Part shown: one piece after another, positions 29,265-41,500 of the stretch
Layout of the letters: each line of letters begins with the position of its first letter
Position numbering within the stretch: position 1 is the stretch's first letter
Source of the DNA: a bacterium
GTDB taxonomy: Bacteria > Patescibacteriota > Dojkabacteria > GCA-016699595 > JBAXKR01
Direction: 5' to 3'
Length of the DNA: 64,000 bases
Assembly: GCA_037131125.1 (NCBI GenBank)
Contig: JBAXRR010000002.1
Location: 21,605 to 85,604, forward strand
Program-made: the position numbers and the translations under genes
The notes under the pieces: model-generated
The model's input: only the letters and a program-made list of their open reading frames with translations
What the model was told of the DNA's origin: nothing
The model's database searches: none

Positions 29265-29825
29265 TTATTTCACTACTTTAGAAGAAGGATTTAAATATCC
29301 TTTCTTTCCTGAAATATTTGTATAAGCAATTTGTTGATGTAAGTTAAAAAGTCCGATAGGGTTCATTTGAACATAACTTCCTATGTCACTACTCTCTGCC
29401 GCTTTAAATACAAAACTAAATTTATTATCTTTATTTATTCTTGCATAAATCCTTGGCATTGGATCTCCAATACCTGTATTTTGAGGTCTAAAATAGTTAA
29501 CAATACCCACTTCTGTGTTTGTATAGTTATATATTGCTTTACTGTCTCCTAATATTGATAGTGGATATTTGCTAACTTTACCTGAAATTTCGTAGATTTC
29601 ACCTGCGATTATGTTATCTGTAGGATTAACTTCTTTATTATTCTTAACAAGAGTTATCTTTGTATCAACGAGATTGATTGTTTCGGTTACAGGGGCAATA
29701 TCAGCTTTTGCTTTTTGTGGTAATGTACTTTGCTGTAATAAAATAAGACTAAAAACTCCAATTGCAGAAAAAACGAGAATCACAGCCAATGCTGAAAGCA
29801 ATAAAAGCCTACTCTTTCTGTTCAT
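29265..29825 (-). CDS. Small secreted hypothetical protein (186 aa).
   Basis: N-terminal signal/anchor (LLLLSALAVILVFSAIGVFSLILL). Lies inside the repeat-flanked islet. Confidence 0.45.
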   Translation of the reverse strand: MNRKSRLLLLSALAVILVFSAIGVFSLILLQQSTLPQKAKADIAPVTETINLVDTKITLVKNNKEVNPTDNIIAGEIYEISGKVSKYPLSILGDSKAIYNYTNTEVGIVNYFRPQNTGIGDPMPRIYARINKDNKFSFVFKAAESSDIGSYVQMNPIGLFNLHQQIAYTNISGKKGYLNPSSKVVK

Positions 29826-29850
29826 ATTTCATAAATAATAATTATTATTA

Positions 29851-29878
29851 CAAACATATCATATATATAATATGTTTG
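29851..29878. repeat. AT-rich perfect palindrome at the islet boundary, immediately upstream of the 186-aa gene.
   Basis: caaacatat-catatatata-atatgtttg: 9-bp arms at 29851..29859 and 29870..29878 that are exact reverse complements. Confidence 0.45.
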
Positions 29879-29888
29879 ATGTACACTA

Positions 29889-30089
29889 ATGTCAAAACAT
29901 ATTTTTGATATGTGGGAACGTAATAGAAAGCGGACTGAATTACAATCTGAAATGCTCCATGAAGTAACTAGAAATAAATTAACAAATCCAGATATTCCAA
30001 TAATTGATCTTGCAGGAAAGATATTAGCTGAAACTAATCTAAAGCTATATACAGCAAGATTCAACGAACCATTGGATTTATTAAACTAG
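29889..30089 (+). pseudogene. Duplicated 3' gene fragment (direct repeat copy B, 29932..30090) with a short unrelated 5' extension. An orphan C-terminal fragment of the 26906..27628 gene.
   Basis: The 66-aa ORF ends in ELQSEMLHEVTRNKLTNPDIPIIDLAGKILAETNLKLYTARFNEPLDLLN, identical to the C-terminus of the 240-aa protein. Confidence 0.45.
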
Positions 30090-30962
30090 ACTCTGGATTA
30101 ATTCCTCAGTAATTGTTGCCCTATCTTTTGTAACAGGATCTGACTTCTTTAAGTGATCTGTAAAAGATACAGCAGTAGGAGATTTATATATAACCCCAAG
30201 AGGAATTTCTGTTTCTAGATCCTTAATTAAGTTTCTTGCAAAGGATAAGTTATTTATTTCTTTACTTTCAAGATTCTCCATATTCTTAACCTTCTCAAAG
30301 TACCATTCTTGTGTTGTCGCCTTATTGTACGTTGGACAAGATTGAAGAATATTTACGTAACTAAATCCTTTTCCATCAATTTGATGTTGAATAGCCTTCT
30401 TAATTATATCTTTAAGAGATTCCATTTCTCCTGAAAAGCCTTGAGCAATAAAAGATGGATCTAAACTCAAAGCTAAATCTAGAGGGTTTAGTGTCTTTGC
30501 TGAATTGCCATCTGGGCTAGAGTTCATAGGAATATTCTGTTTAGTAGTTGCTGAGCATTGGCCAGTTGTTAATCCGTAGTTTTGGTTATCATGAACAAGA
30601 AAAGTAATTGGATACTCATTTCTTAAAGTGTGGATAAAATGACCTATCCCTTCAGAATATGTAGCACCATCTCCTGCTGTTGCAATTACTATTAGATCTT
30701 TATTAGCAAGCTTAGCACCAACTGCTGCTGGAAGTACCCTTCCATGAAGCCCATGAAATCTATATCCATCTATTTTATCGTTCATGTTTCCATTACAGCC
30801 TATGTCAAAACATAAATATACTTTTTCTGGAGGTATATTTAATTCTGCTAAAGCTTTCTTTATTGAAATCCATATTCCATAGTTACCACACCCTCCACAC
30901 CAAGTTGGTTCATTTTCCCCATGATATTCTTCTATTCTTTTTGCCTCTTCTTTTAAATCCAT
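30081..30962 (-). CDS. 2-oxoacid:ferredoxin oxidoreductase, beta (TPP-binding) subunit.
   Basis: CGGCGNYGI (Cys cluster/TPP region) and GDGATYSEGIGHFIHTL (the GDG TPP-binding motif). Confidence 0.85.
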   Translation of the reverse strand: MDLKEEAKRIEEYHGENEPTWCGGCGNYGIWISIKKALAELNIPPEKVYLCFDIGCNGNMNDKIDGYRFHGLHGRVLPAAVGAKLANKDLIVIATAGDGATYSEGIGHFIHTLRNEYPITFLVHDNQNYGLTTGQCSATTKQNIPMNSSPDGNSAKTLNPLDLALSLDPSFIAQGFSGEMESLKDIIKKAIQHQIDGKGFSYVNILQSCPTYNKATTQEWYFEKVKNMENLESKEINNLSFARNLIKDLETEIPLGVIYKSPTAVSFTDHLKKSDPVTKDRATITEELIQSLV

Positions 30963-30966
30963 TGTA

Positions 30967-32829
30967 TTAATTTATACTATTTAATTTTTCTTTTATTTCT
31001 TCTACAAAGAATGGTCGTCCATCAAATTTTAAGAGTGTATTATCTATTCCCTTACCTGTTTTCATCTTTAACATTCCGTTTAGTTCAGATTGGAAATTTC
31101 CTTCTATTATTACCATCTTTACTCCAGATTCTATTGCTTTCATATATTCACTAACATTAAGTGGCCAGAGATATGAATAATGAATACAAGATATTTTCTT
31201 TGTTGGATTTTCTAATTTAATTTCATCCATTGCATCCAGAACTGTATTAGTTGTACTTCCCCAACTTACTACACAGATGTCTCCATATGAATGATCTCCA
31301 TCAGATCCTACTTCAAAGTTTCTGTAGACAACAGGTGCTGGAAGTTCTGCTTCTATAAACTTAGTCTTCTTTTGTCTTTTTATCTGCATAAGATTTGCAC
31401 CATCTGAATCGTCAATTACGTTTCCATCCACATCATGTTCATCACTATTTGTTCCATATGTTTTACTAATTGTTCCCGGAAGCCATCTTGGAGAAACTCC
31501 ATTTTCAGTGTCAGCATATCTATGAAGAATATTTTTTTGTTCTTCAGTGAGTGCAGATGTATCCAGTACACTTCTTTCAATTTTTACTTTTCGTGGATCA
31601 AATTTTTCAGATAAGAACAAACTTTCTGCTAAGAATTTATCTGTTAAGAACAAGACTGGAACTTGCCATTTCTCTGTTAGATTAAATGCTTCTTGAATCA
31701 AATAGAAAGCCTCAGTTGTATCTTTTGGAGCTATTACAATTCTTGGAAATTCTCCATGTCCAGAATACACAGCAAGTGTTAAGTCTGCTTGTGTCGTCCA
31801 AGTTGGAAGTCCAGTTCCAGGACCAGGTCTTTGACCAATTACACAAACAAAAGGTACTTCTGTAATTCCAGCAAGAGATAGATGTTCTGTCATAAGATCG
31901 AATCCACCTCCACTTGTTGCAGTTAAAGCTCTACTTCCAACAGACATTGCTCCAATTACCATTCCTGCAGCAGTAATTTCATCTTCAACTTGTTTTACTA
32001 ACATTCCAGATACATGTGCTTTTTCTGCTAGAAATGTAAGTATTCCACTTGAAGGTGTCATTGGATAACCAAAGAATTCACTTACACCTCCTGCTATTAC
32101 ACCTAGAGAAACTGCTTCATTTCCACTTACTAACACATTGCCACTTAAGGAAGCATTTGGATTACCAATAATATCTTTTGAGAAATAATTCTTTAGTTTT
32201 TCTTGGTCTATATTTGGAAATACAACGTCTCTAAATGAAGATGGGTGAAATGGAAATTTATAGTCCGAAAAGTTCTTAGCCTCAAAAGTAAATCCTGATC
32301 TTAATATCTTCACATTAATATCTGCAACTTCAGGCTTTTTAGCAAAATTTGAAAGTATAACCGATGCAATACTATTAATTGGAAGACCAAATAATTTCCA
32401 TAGGAATCCCAATATTGCAGTATTAGACATTTGCTTTGTTCCACCATTTTCCAAAGCTAACTCAAGTGCTGGAACGTATATGAATTCTACATTTTTTTCT
32501 TTAAGTAATTTTGCATCATTTTCTGTAAGCCTTACCTTTTTAGTATCATGAAGAATAATTCCACCATCTTGTATCTCTTCTAAATGCCACTTAACTCCCT
32601 GCTGGTTTAATACAATAACAATATCTATCTTCGTACTTGGAGAACGAACAACCTGATTCGAAAAATCTACTTGGTAAGTAGCATGTCCTCCCTTAATTAG
32701 AGATGGATACTCTCTGTATCCAAACACATAAAAACCTGCGTTCTTTAATGCTTTTGCAACAATCTTACCTACGGTATCTATTCCTTGTCCAGATTGTCCT
32801 GCAATTTTTATTGAATATCTTGTTCTCAT
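30967..32829 (-). CDS. 2-oxoacid:ferredoxin oxidoreductase, fused gamma/alpha subunit.
   Basis: N-terminal gamma-like domain (IKIAGQSGQGIDTVGKIVAKAL) and alpha domain (GNEAVSLGVIAGGVSEFFGYPMTPSSGILTFLAEKA). Confidence 0.85.
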   Translation of the reverse strand: MRTRYSIKIAGQSGQGIDTVGKIVAKALKNAGFYVFGYREYPSLIKGGHATYQVDFSNQVVRSPSTKIDIVIVLNQQGVKWHLEEIQDGGIILHDTKKVRLTENDAKLLKEKNVEFIYVPALELALENGGTKQMSNTAILGFLWKLFGLPINSIASVILSNFAKKPEVADINVKILRSGFTFEAKNFSDYKFPFHPSSFRDVVFPNIDQEKLKNYFSKDIIGNPNASLSGNVLVSGNEAVSLGVIAGGVSEFFGYPMTPSSGILTFLAEKAHVSGMLVKQVEDEITAAGMVIGAMSVGSRALTATSGGGFDLMTEHLSLAGITEVPFVCVIGQRPGPGTGLPTWTTQADLTLAVYSGHGEFPRIVIAPKDTTEAFYLIQEAFNLTEKWQVPVLFLTDKFLAESLFLSEKFDPRKVKIERSVLDTSALTEEQKNILHRYADTENGVSPRWLPGTISKTYGTNSDEHDVDGNVIDDSDGANLMQIKRQKKTKFIEAELPAPVVYRNFEVGSDGDHSYGDICVVSWGSTTNTVLDAMDEIKLENPTKKISCIHYSYLWPLNVSEYMKAIESGVKMVIIEGNFQSELNGMLKMKTGKGIDNTLLKFDGRPFFVEEIKEKLNSIN

Positions 32830-32830
32830 G

Positions 32831-35014
32831 TTATTTTTTTACGAATATCTTAAAATCTGCTGCGATTACATTTACATCATTAATCATAACGGGATTAATA
32901 TCAATAGATGAAATCTCAGGATATGCCAACACCATATTTTGGAGATTACTTACAAGCTCAACTAATGCATTCTTTGCTAAAAGTTTTTGACCTCTAGCTC
33001 CATCAATTATTTTACTTACCTTTGTTGATGAAATCATTTTCAATATCTCAGTTTTACTCATAGGAATTAATCCCATGGAAAAATCTTTTAGTATTTCTGT
33101 ATATATACCACCCATTCCAAATACTAATACGTGTCCAAATCCAGTTTTAGTTTCATATACATTACTTCCTCCATCTCTATTAACTCCTAAGAAAAGTTCC
33201 AGAGGATAACTCAACATTTCTTGAAGAAGTACTTCAGGACTTCCAGAACCATTAGACTCTTTATTTGCAGAAGTTATATTAGTTAGCAATTCTAAATAGG
33301 ATTTCTTGAGTTCATCAGTTGTATCTATATTTAGAAATACTGCCTTTGCATCTGTCTTATGTGCAAGAGATTTGGTAGTAGCCTTAAGAACTAACTTCTT
33401 CGTAAGCTTTCCATTATCCCCTAGTAGACTATTGGTTTTAAGAGCTTCAGCTAGCTCTTCTATTGAATGAACCACAACACTCATTGGTGTTGGAATATTA
33501 AATTGTTTTGCTAACTCTGCTACTTCTACTTCACTTAAAGAAGTCTGTTCCTCTTTAACATCAAAAACTGTTTTAGTTAGAATTTTAGACTTCGTCATAT
33601 TAATCGTTTCGCTTATACTCATCCTGTTATCCATAAGAGTATTTTCAGTTGGATCTTCAAAGTAGTAATTAAGATAAGCATTAATAGCATCTACACAATC
33701 TTCATCATATTTAAAAAATGGAACCTTACTATCTTTAAATCTATCTAGAGCAACTTGAACATATTCTCCTCCAAGAAATAGTGGAAAGATATTTTTTGTT
33801 GTTGATCTTGCAAAATTCGTAATTATTTTAGAGGTCTCCTCTACTTGTGTAACAGCTTGAGGAGTAAGAATTGCAATAATATTAGAAACCTCAGGAGAAA
33901 CAGCGAGAATATCTAATGCTGATTTATATCTTTCAGAAGAAGCATCTCCAATTAAGTCAATTGGATTATGTTTTGAAGACTCTTCAGGAAGTACTTTTGT
34001 AAGACTTGAGATAGTTGTATCTGAAAGTTTTGTAAGTTTAATTCCTTTTTCACTAATAAGGTCAGTTATCATGATGCCGGGACCTCCAGCATTTGTAAGA
34101 ATTGATATACTTTTATCATTCAGTTTCTTTGAATTTCCCCAACTAAAGGTTAACAAATAGTTAAACATATCCTCCATACTTTTTACTTCAATTACCCCAG
34201 CACTCTTAAGAGCAACGCTTGCGCTATTAGAAGCAGATGCAATAGAGCCTGTGTGAGATGCAATTGCTGTTCTTGCTTCCTCAGAACTTCCTGGGTGAAG
34301 AATAATTATTGGCTTTTTAACTTTTGAATTCTTTATAACCTCTACTAGCTCAAGCCCCCTTCCGAATTCTTCAATATATGCAGCAATTACTTTTATACTG
34401 TCATCTTTTAACCACTCTTCAATAAAATTAATTTCATCAATTCCTGCCTTATTTCCAACTGAAACAAATTGTGACAAACCTAAGTTTTTCTTTGCAGCAA
34501 AATCTAATAGTGCAGTACCAAATGCACCAGACTGAGATATAAAAGCAATGTTTCCTTTAGCTGGATAAAACTGTGCAAAAGATGCATTCAAATTGTTTTC
34601 TGTATTAATTAGACCTAAACAATTAGGACCAAGAAGTGCAATTGAATATTTAAGGGATATTGCTTTAAGTTCTTCTTCTAATCCTTTTCCAATCTCTCCA
34701 GTTTCACTAAAACCTGCAGAAATAACTATTGCAGCTTTAACTCCTTTTCTTCCTGCATCATCAAGGATTTGTGGGACAGTATGTGCAGGTGTAACTATTA
34801 TTGCTAGTTCAACAGTATCTGTAATACTATTTGCATCCGGATAACATACAGTGTCTCCTAAAGTAGAATACTTTGGGTTAATTGGATATAGCTTACCTTT
34901 GAAGCCATTCAATTTAAGATTATTATATACAACTGACCCAAGTTTATTCTGATCCTTAGATACACCGTAAACACATATAGAACTTGGTTTTAGTAAGTAG
35001 TTTAATCCATTCAT
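32831..35014 (-). CDS. Acetyl-CoA synthetase (ADP-forming), fused alpha-beta; an NDP-forming acyl-CoA synthetase.
   Basis: CoA-binding N-terminal domain (ICVYGVSKDQNKLGSVVYNNL...YPINPKY), a succinyl-CoA-synthetase-like ligase domain and a C-terminal ATP-grasp-like region. Confidence 0.8.
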   Translation of the reverse strand: MNGLNYLLKPSSICVYGVSKDQNKLGSVVYNNLKLNGFKGKLYPINPKYSTLGDTVCYPDANSITDTVELAIIVTPAHTVPQILDDAGRKGVKAAIVISAGFSETGEIGKGLEEELKAISLKYSIALLGPNCLGLINTENNLNASFAQFYPAKGNIAFISQSGAFGTALLDFAAKKNLGLSQFVSVGNKAGIDEINFIEEWLKDDSIKVIAAYIEEFGRGLELVEVIKNSKVKKPIIILHPGSSEEARTAIASHTGSIASASNSASVALKSAGVIEVKSMEDMFNYLLTFSWGNSKKLNDKSISILTNAGGPGIMITDLISEKGIKLTKLSDTTISSLTKVLPEESSKHNPIDLIGDASSERYKSALDILAVSPEVSNIIAILTPQAVTQVEETSKIITNFARSTTKNIFPLFLGGEYVQVALDRFKDSKVPFFKYDEDCVDAINAYLNYYFEDPTENTLMDNRMSISETINMTKSKILTKTVFDVKEEQTSLSEVEVAELAKQFNIPTPMSVVVHSIEELAEALKTNSLLGDNGKLTKKLVLKATTKSLAHKTDAKAVFLNIDTTDELKKSYLELLTNITSANKESNGSGSPEVLLQEMLSYPLELFLGVNRDGGSNVYETKTGFGHVLVFGMGGIYTEILKDFSMGLIPMSKTEILKMISSTKVSKIIDGARGQKLLAKNALVELVSNLQNMVLAYPEISSIDINPVMINDVNVIAADFKIFVKK

Positions 35015-35035
35015 TGTTGGGCAGTTCTTAATTTT

Positions 35036-35482
35036 CTATTTTACAAAAACACTAGCTAAAGTTTTTCCCCATGTTTTCCATTCTTCTTCTCTTCCATATA
35101 CCATTCCATCTATTCTAAGAGTTGGCATTATTTGTACTCCTTCAACTGCTTTAATTCCCTCGTCTAGTCTATCTGCAGCTCCACAAAACACATCATAGTT
35201 CTTACTATCTCCTAGAGCGATAGATGCAAATTTCTTTCCAGTAAACTTCTTTGTGATGAATTCTTTGTAAAATGGATCGAAGTATTCTTGCATTTGTCCT
35301 TCTCCATATGTTGGACATGCAAGTACAATAAGATCATAGTTATTAAGATCATCTACTTTTGCACCTTCTACTCTTTGTAGAGTTACTTCATTTCCAGCTT
35401 CTTTCATTGCTTCTGAAACACTTTTAACAACCCATTCTGTATTTCCAGAAGTAGTTGCGTATACGAATATTATTTTTCCCAT
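35036..35482 (-). CDS. Flavodoxin (short-chain).
   Basis: MGKIIFVYATTSGNTEWVVK FMN-phosphate-binding loop (T/S-x-T-G-x-T). 148 aa. First gene of the OFOR/ACD operon. Confidence 0.8.
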   Translation of the reverse strand: MGKIIFVYATTSGNTEWVVKSVSEAMKEAGNEVTLQRVEGAKVDDLNNYDLIVLACPTYGEGQMQEYFDPFYKEFITKKFTGKKFASIALGDSKNYDVFCGAADRLDEGIKAVEGVQIMPTLRIDGMVYGREEEWKTWGKTLASVFVK

Positions 35483-35545
35483 AGTTAATATGAAAGATAT
35501 TAATAGAGATACTTTAGCAAAAAATGAATATGTATTAAACAGGAA

Positions 35546-38500
35546 CTAATAATTCTGATCCCTTTTTCTACGCCTCAGCATTATTACAAGAATAATTATT
35601 AAGAGAATTATCAAAAGAGGACAACATATTACAAATAGCATTACTGGATTACTACTTATTCCATCTAAAATGCTGCCACTAGATTTAGATGAAGATTTTG
35701 AAGATGATCTACTACTTGATGAATAACTGGATTGAGAAGAATTTGAACTCTCACTTGAATTAGATTCTACCGAACTTGAAGATTCTGAAGAAGAACTTTC
35801 ACTTGAACCAGATAAATTTGAATTGATCTTCTTTAAAATAACAGTTTTAGATGACACCTGATCGGAAACATTCAGAGTTAGTGTTCTCTCACCAGATATA
35901 TTTCCCAAATCATCAACTAAGTAGTAGATAAATGTATTATTACCAGTAGATAAGTTCAATGTAATTTCATATTTTCCCTGACTATTTGTTAACGCAGTAG
36001 AATCTACTGAAGCTTTAGTAAAATGCACTGTACTGTTTGATGAAGCGTTTCCTTTAACAACTGCAGTTTTAGTATTCAAATTGTAAGTAATTGAATCTGA
36101 TTCTGGGATATTAGAAATAGAATTAATATCTGTGATCGAAACTTTATTTACTTGTACCTTCTGATAATTAATTGCGATTTCATGTATTGTTGGGGTCTCA
36201 TCAATATTTGAAGTTGTTAAAATAGCCTTATATTGTATATATTTAGATTTTGGTGAAGGTATTTCAGGAGTTGTATTTTGCCATGCACTCCAAGTTCCAT
36301 CTACAGTTGGAGTATTTCCTGTTCGAGTTTGATAAACATCATTCGTTCCTGATGGATTTGTACTTTGAGGAACTAGGGTTTTCCAAATTCCACCAGTGGC
36401 ACCTGCACTTAATACAGTTGATGTATATTCACCAGGAGTCCCACCATAAAGAGAAGTAAATTGTTCTTGAGTAGATACCGTAACGCTATCCAGACTTGGA
36501 GTAATATTTGTATTATTTGTTCTTAAAATTGCTTTATATTTAAAACCATAAATAGAATTAGAAGGAAGGTAATAAAATTTATTTGCAACATTTCCTAGAG
36601 AAAAATATGTTTGTCCAAAATCTAAGCTATATTGTAATTCAACTGACGTGCCAACTGGAGTTGTTGAAGTCCAAGATACGATAGCGTACTTTTCCATTTG
36701 GTATCTATCACTTAACTCAACGCTAGATAATTTGCTTACATCTCCGCTTTCTTTTATACCATCATAATTATCTTCTCCTCCTCCAATAATATATACATCT
36801 GAACCTACGACTGCTGCTGAAGAATGAATTCTCCTTTTCAAATCGAAAGGTGCAGTTTTAGAAGAATCCAAATGAGCAGAAGATTTCCATTTATTTGTTA
36901 TTGGATTATATTCCAACATGTATTCCGTTGGTTCACCAGATAAATTCTTTCCTCCAATTATGAAAAGCTTTTCACTGGACACATTATCATTAGGAGTATA
37001 TGTACTATTTGTTGTTATAACAGCAGAAGTAGCCCTTCCAAGCTGATATGGCATTGGAGTCTTCTCCGCCCAGCTATCTCCTATAGGATCATACTCTAGT
37101 AAAGAGTTGGTTTCACTTATTAAATCTTGCCCTCCAGCAATATATAATTTTCCATTAATTGTAGCTGCAGAAGAATTTTGTCTTACATCTGGCAGAGATG
37201 TTTTGTCAGTCCAGGTATCACTTGTTGGATCATATTCTTTTACTATACTAATAGGGTTCCCAGATTCATTTCTTCCTCCTACAACATAGAGTTTGTTATT
37301 CACAACTCCACCTGCTGCATATGATCTTCTAGGTACTGGCATAGCTGACTTTGAACTATCCCAGGTATTGTTTACTGGATCATAAATAACAAGTGAATTT
37401 AAATAGGCTCCACCACCATCCCATCCTCCAGTTATATATAACTTACCGTTTATTACACCCCCAGAAGCATAAGCTCTGTTTCCAGGAAGAGATGTTTTTG
37501 TTGTCCATGTATTTGCGATAGGATCATAGGCTTCTAATGTATTTAAGTAGTGATAATGATTAGGAGCATCTTGGTAAGCTCCTCCAGCAACATAAATAAT
37601 TCCATTTATGACTCCTGTCACAGACGCAAATCTAGCAGTAGTCATATTTTGTTTTGGAGTCCATAAATCATTTTCAGAATATATATTCCTACTTTGATAT
37701 GTTGCTATCGTATTATATTTTCCATCCAAATAAATTACTCCTAGACCTTCCCAAGTACTTGAATATAATAAATTTTTCGAAGTATCCACAAATAGATCAG
37801 TTACTTGAAGACTTGGGAGTGCTGATGGAGGATTTGTATTATACGTAGCAACTAGTGTGTCATCTGAAGAAACTTTAGTTCCCTTTGTGTCGATAACAGA
37901 AATTCCTTGATCCGTAGCAATATATAGATAATTATTGGAGGTATTTAAGTATGATCTACTTACATTATTACTTAATATTGCTGGATTCGAACTTGTGCTA
38001 TATGTTAGTGCGAAATTATTGTCAGTAGGATCAATTACACTAAGTCCTCCACCTTGTGTGGAAACATAAATTAAATTATTTGAACTGTTAAGGTAAGTGT
38101 TAACAACTGAATTTCTACCAATGGAAGGAACTGTATTAGTAAGATAAGTTTTTACTAATGTGTCATCTAAAATACTTTGAGTTCCTTTAGTATCTATTAC
38201 AGTTACACCCCCATCATTAGGAAGTGCTTTGTAATCATCGAAAGAGCTTACATAAAGATAATGCGTTGCTGGATCTAAGAAGGAATTTCTTACAAAATCT
38301 CCAACTAATGCAGGGGTTGAGGTAGTACTGTATGTAGAAAACGTATCGTCAGATGGATCCAGTGGTGTCCCATTTCTATTTATTACAGTTAACCCTCCAC
38401 CATATGTACTAAGATATATCTGATCCGATACTAACATCGAGTGATACATATTTTTATTAGGTACACTTCCTGGATAGTTAGTTGGATTATATGTTGCAAT

Positions 38501-41500
38501 AACCACATCATCCGTTTGGTCAAGTGGTGTATTTTTTGTATCTACTACAACAAGACCTACATCTGTACTAATATACAAAAGTACATGAGCAGGATTGGTT
38601 TTATCTAAAAATGAATGTCTAACAAAATTTCCTAAAATTGCTGGGGTACTTCTCTTGTTGTATGTCATTACAAAGGTATCATCGGATGGAATTGTAGTTC
38701 CATTTGTATTAATAATAGAAAGTCCAAAGTCAGTACTTACGTATAGCAAATTATCACTTGAATCCAAGAAAGAGTGTATTACTCTATTGTTTGCTATTGA
38801 TGGATTTGTAGAAGTACTGTAGATATAACCTTTATTTATTTGAACATTTCCATTTACATTATTTTCATCATCAGCATTATATGTCGAAGTTGATCCTCTA
38901 TCGTTTAATAAATATTCTGCTCTAAAATCTTTTCTAGTAGTTTCAGTATAATCGCTTGTAAAATATTTAAGTTCAATATCACCTGGAGATTGGTATATAT
39001 TTGTTAAATCTCCTTGATCTCCTTTTGCAAAATCATCTAGCGTCGTTTGGATAATCTGTGAGTCAGGAACTGTGGCTAATCTTGTAATATATAATGAATA
39101 GGTAGTTGGAATTTTTTCTGATTCACTTACTATAACACTAATTGTTTTTTGAACACCAATGTCTAAAGTGATTGGACCAGAGGCTTGATCTGTTAAGACA
39201 ACTCCACCATCAACAGTAATACTTCCAACTCCTGTTGGAGTTATAGTTACACTATCAATATTGTTAGCAACGGTAACTCCATTATATGTATATATTCCAC
39301 TTGCAAAAGTATAGTTAGAAGGAGATCCACTTAAAACCAGGTTTGTTAAACTTGATCTTGGCACTGCAAAATTTCTAATTACTCTTACATTATCCGTAAG
39401 ATCCCTATCATATGTTTCTTGAAAACCACTCCCGATATCTTCATCCCAAGCATATGTATTATCATATTTTGTTGAACTCCAGTAATAATCACTATCAAGA
39501 ATACCAATTGCTGCCTTATTCAAATATAGCTGATTAAGTTCGTCTTTACTTGGAAGATACCAATCAGTATACCCTCCCTCCTGGTAGGCTCTTGCAACCT
39601 TTGCAGCAGTATCAGACTCAGCGCATCCTGCAATTATATCCAAAGTATTTTGATAACCAGATCCAATAGAAACTCCGTCGGCTCCGGAAATTGGGGTACC
39701 AATACATCCCCACGGATGATAATCTAATGCAATTATTCCAGTTAGGAATCCACTAAATCCAGTTCTGTCTATGTATGCAATTTTCCCACCTTGATAACTA
39801 TCTCCTATAGCTACTGGGCTAAGTAATACCTCAATTGTATATGTTTTACTTGGTTTGCCAGTTTCAGTTGCAACAACTGTAACTGTTTTTGGAATGCTTG
39901 ATATTAAATTTATACTTTGAGATGCATTCCCAGAAGCAACCTCAGTACCATCAACAGTGATGACACCAGCTCCTATTGGTGTCACGGTAATACTTGTTAC
40001 ACCTCTTTGAATAATCACTCCCGTATATGAATATGTCCCGTGAGCAAATGAATAATATAGTGGAGATCCACTTATTTCAATATTTGTTAAATCCTGAGTA
40101 GTTCCAAGATCCTGATATGAAATTACTACACTATGCAAAACAGGTGAAATATTTTGATCCCCAGTTGTTAAAGTAGCCTCATATTGTATATATTTTGAAA
40201 AAGGAGAAATTATTTTTAATGGATTTCCTGTTGGTACTTCCCATGCACTCCAAGAGCCATCAACTAATTCCGTATTTCCTGATCTTGTTCTATATGTTAT
40301 ATCTGTGCCACTCGGAAGTGTACTACTAGGGACCAAAGTATCCCATCCTCCTTGATCACTTACTGCACTTAGTACTCCAGACGTGTATACACCTGTATCT
40401 GAAATATACTTTGACAATGGAGCGTTTCCATAAGATATTGTCACACTATTTAGACTAGAAGTAGCAGTTGGATCATTTGTTACAAACACAGCTTTGTATA
40501 ACAAACCTGATATTACAACTCCATCAGGTAAATCATAAGAACCTGCGGTTGTTCCAAGTGAGGTAAAATCAACACCTCCGTTAACACTATAAAGAAGCTC
40601 AAGAGAAGTGTTAGTTGGAACTGTCGATGTCCATGCAATATTAACCTTAGAATTCCCATCAGCATCTATAATATTTTGACTCGTAAAGTCTGCACTAGAA
40701 ACATAAGTTCCATCAATATCCAATACCGTTACACCACCGCCACCTGTCCCTAAGTACAAGAGATTTGTGGGTGTTAGAAATGCATCAGTCAAACTTCCTT
40801 GAATATATTGAGCAGTAAATAAATCATCAGAAAAATCTTTGGGTGTATCTCTCCTATCTATTACAGAAACACCACCATTAGTTGCAATAAATAATAAATT
40901 GGGTGATGTACCAAAGAAAGATTTGTAAACAGAATCGGTAGGCATAATTTCGGGATCACTAACTGTGTTATATGTTTTGAGCAAAGAATTACCAATTGTA
41001 TTTACAACAGATAATCCTCCATCGTATGTACTGACATATAAGAGTCTATTTGTGTTATCTAAATTCAAATCAAGAATATTGTTTCCACCAATTGCTGGAG
41101 TTGTTGTGTTTAGTACAGTAACTAAAACATCATCACTTAAATCACTTGGAGTACCTTTTCTATCAATTACAGAAACACCATTCCAAGTTCCAACATAAAT
41201 TAAATCTCTAACAGGATCAATTGCAAAGCTTCTAAGATAGTCATCACTTAAATATGCAGGACTACTTGAAGTGTTATATGTTCCGACAACATTTTGAGTT
41301 AGAGTATTTATAACAATTAATCCTCCACCAGCACTTACAATGTAAAGTAAATTATTAGATGTATCCAAATAAGATTGATTTGAATCAAAAGGATAGTTAA
41401 CAACAAAGGAGGCACTTAGTAAATCAACTGCAGAACCCGTCAATATATCTATAACACTAACTCCCCCATCAGTACTTACATAAAGAAGTCTGTGAGATGG

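Noticed and set aside
35640-35830. Tandem-repeat DNA in the Ser-rich stalks (also 28190..28330).
   Set aside because: These are low-complexity coding repeats (poly-Ser/Thr linkers) inside intact ORFs, not non-coding tandem repeats or VNTR-type elements.
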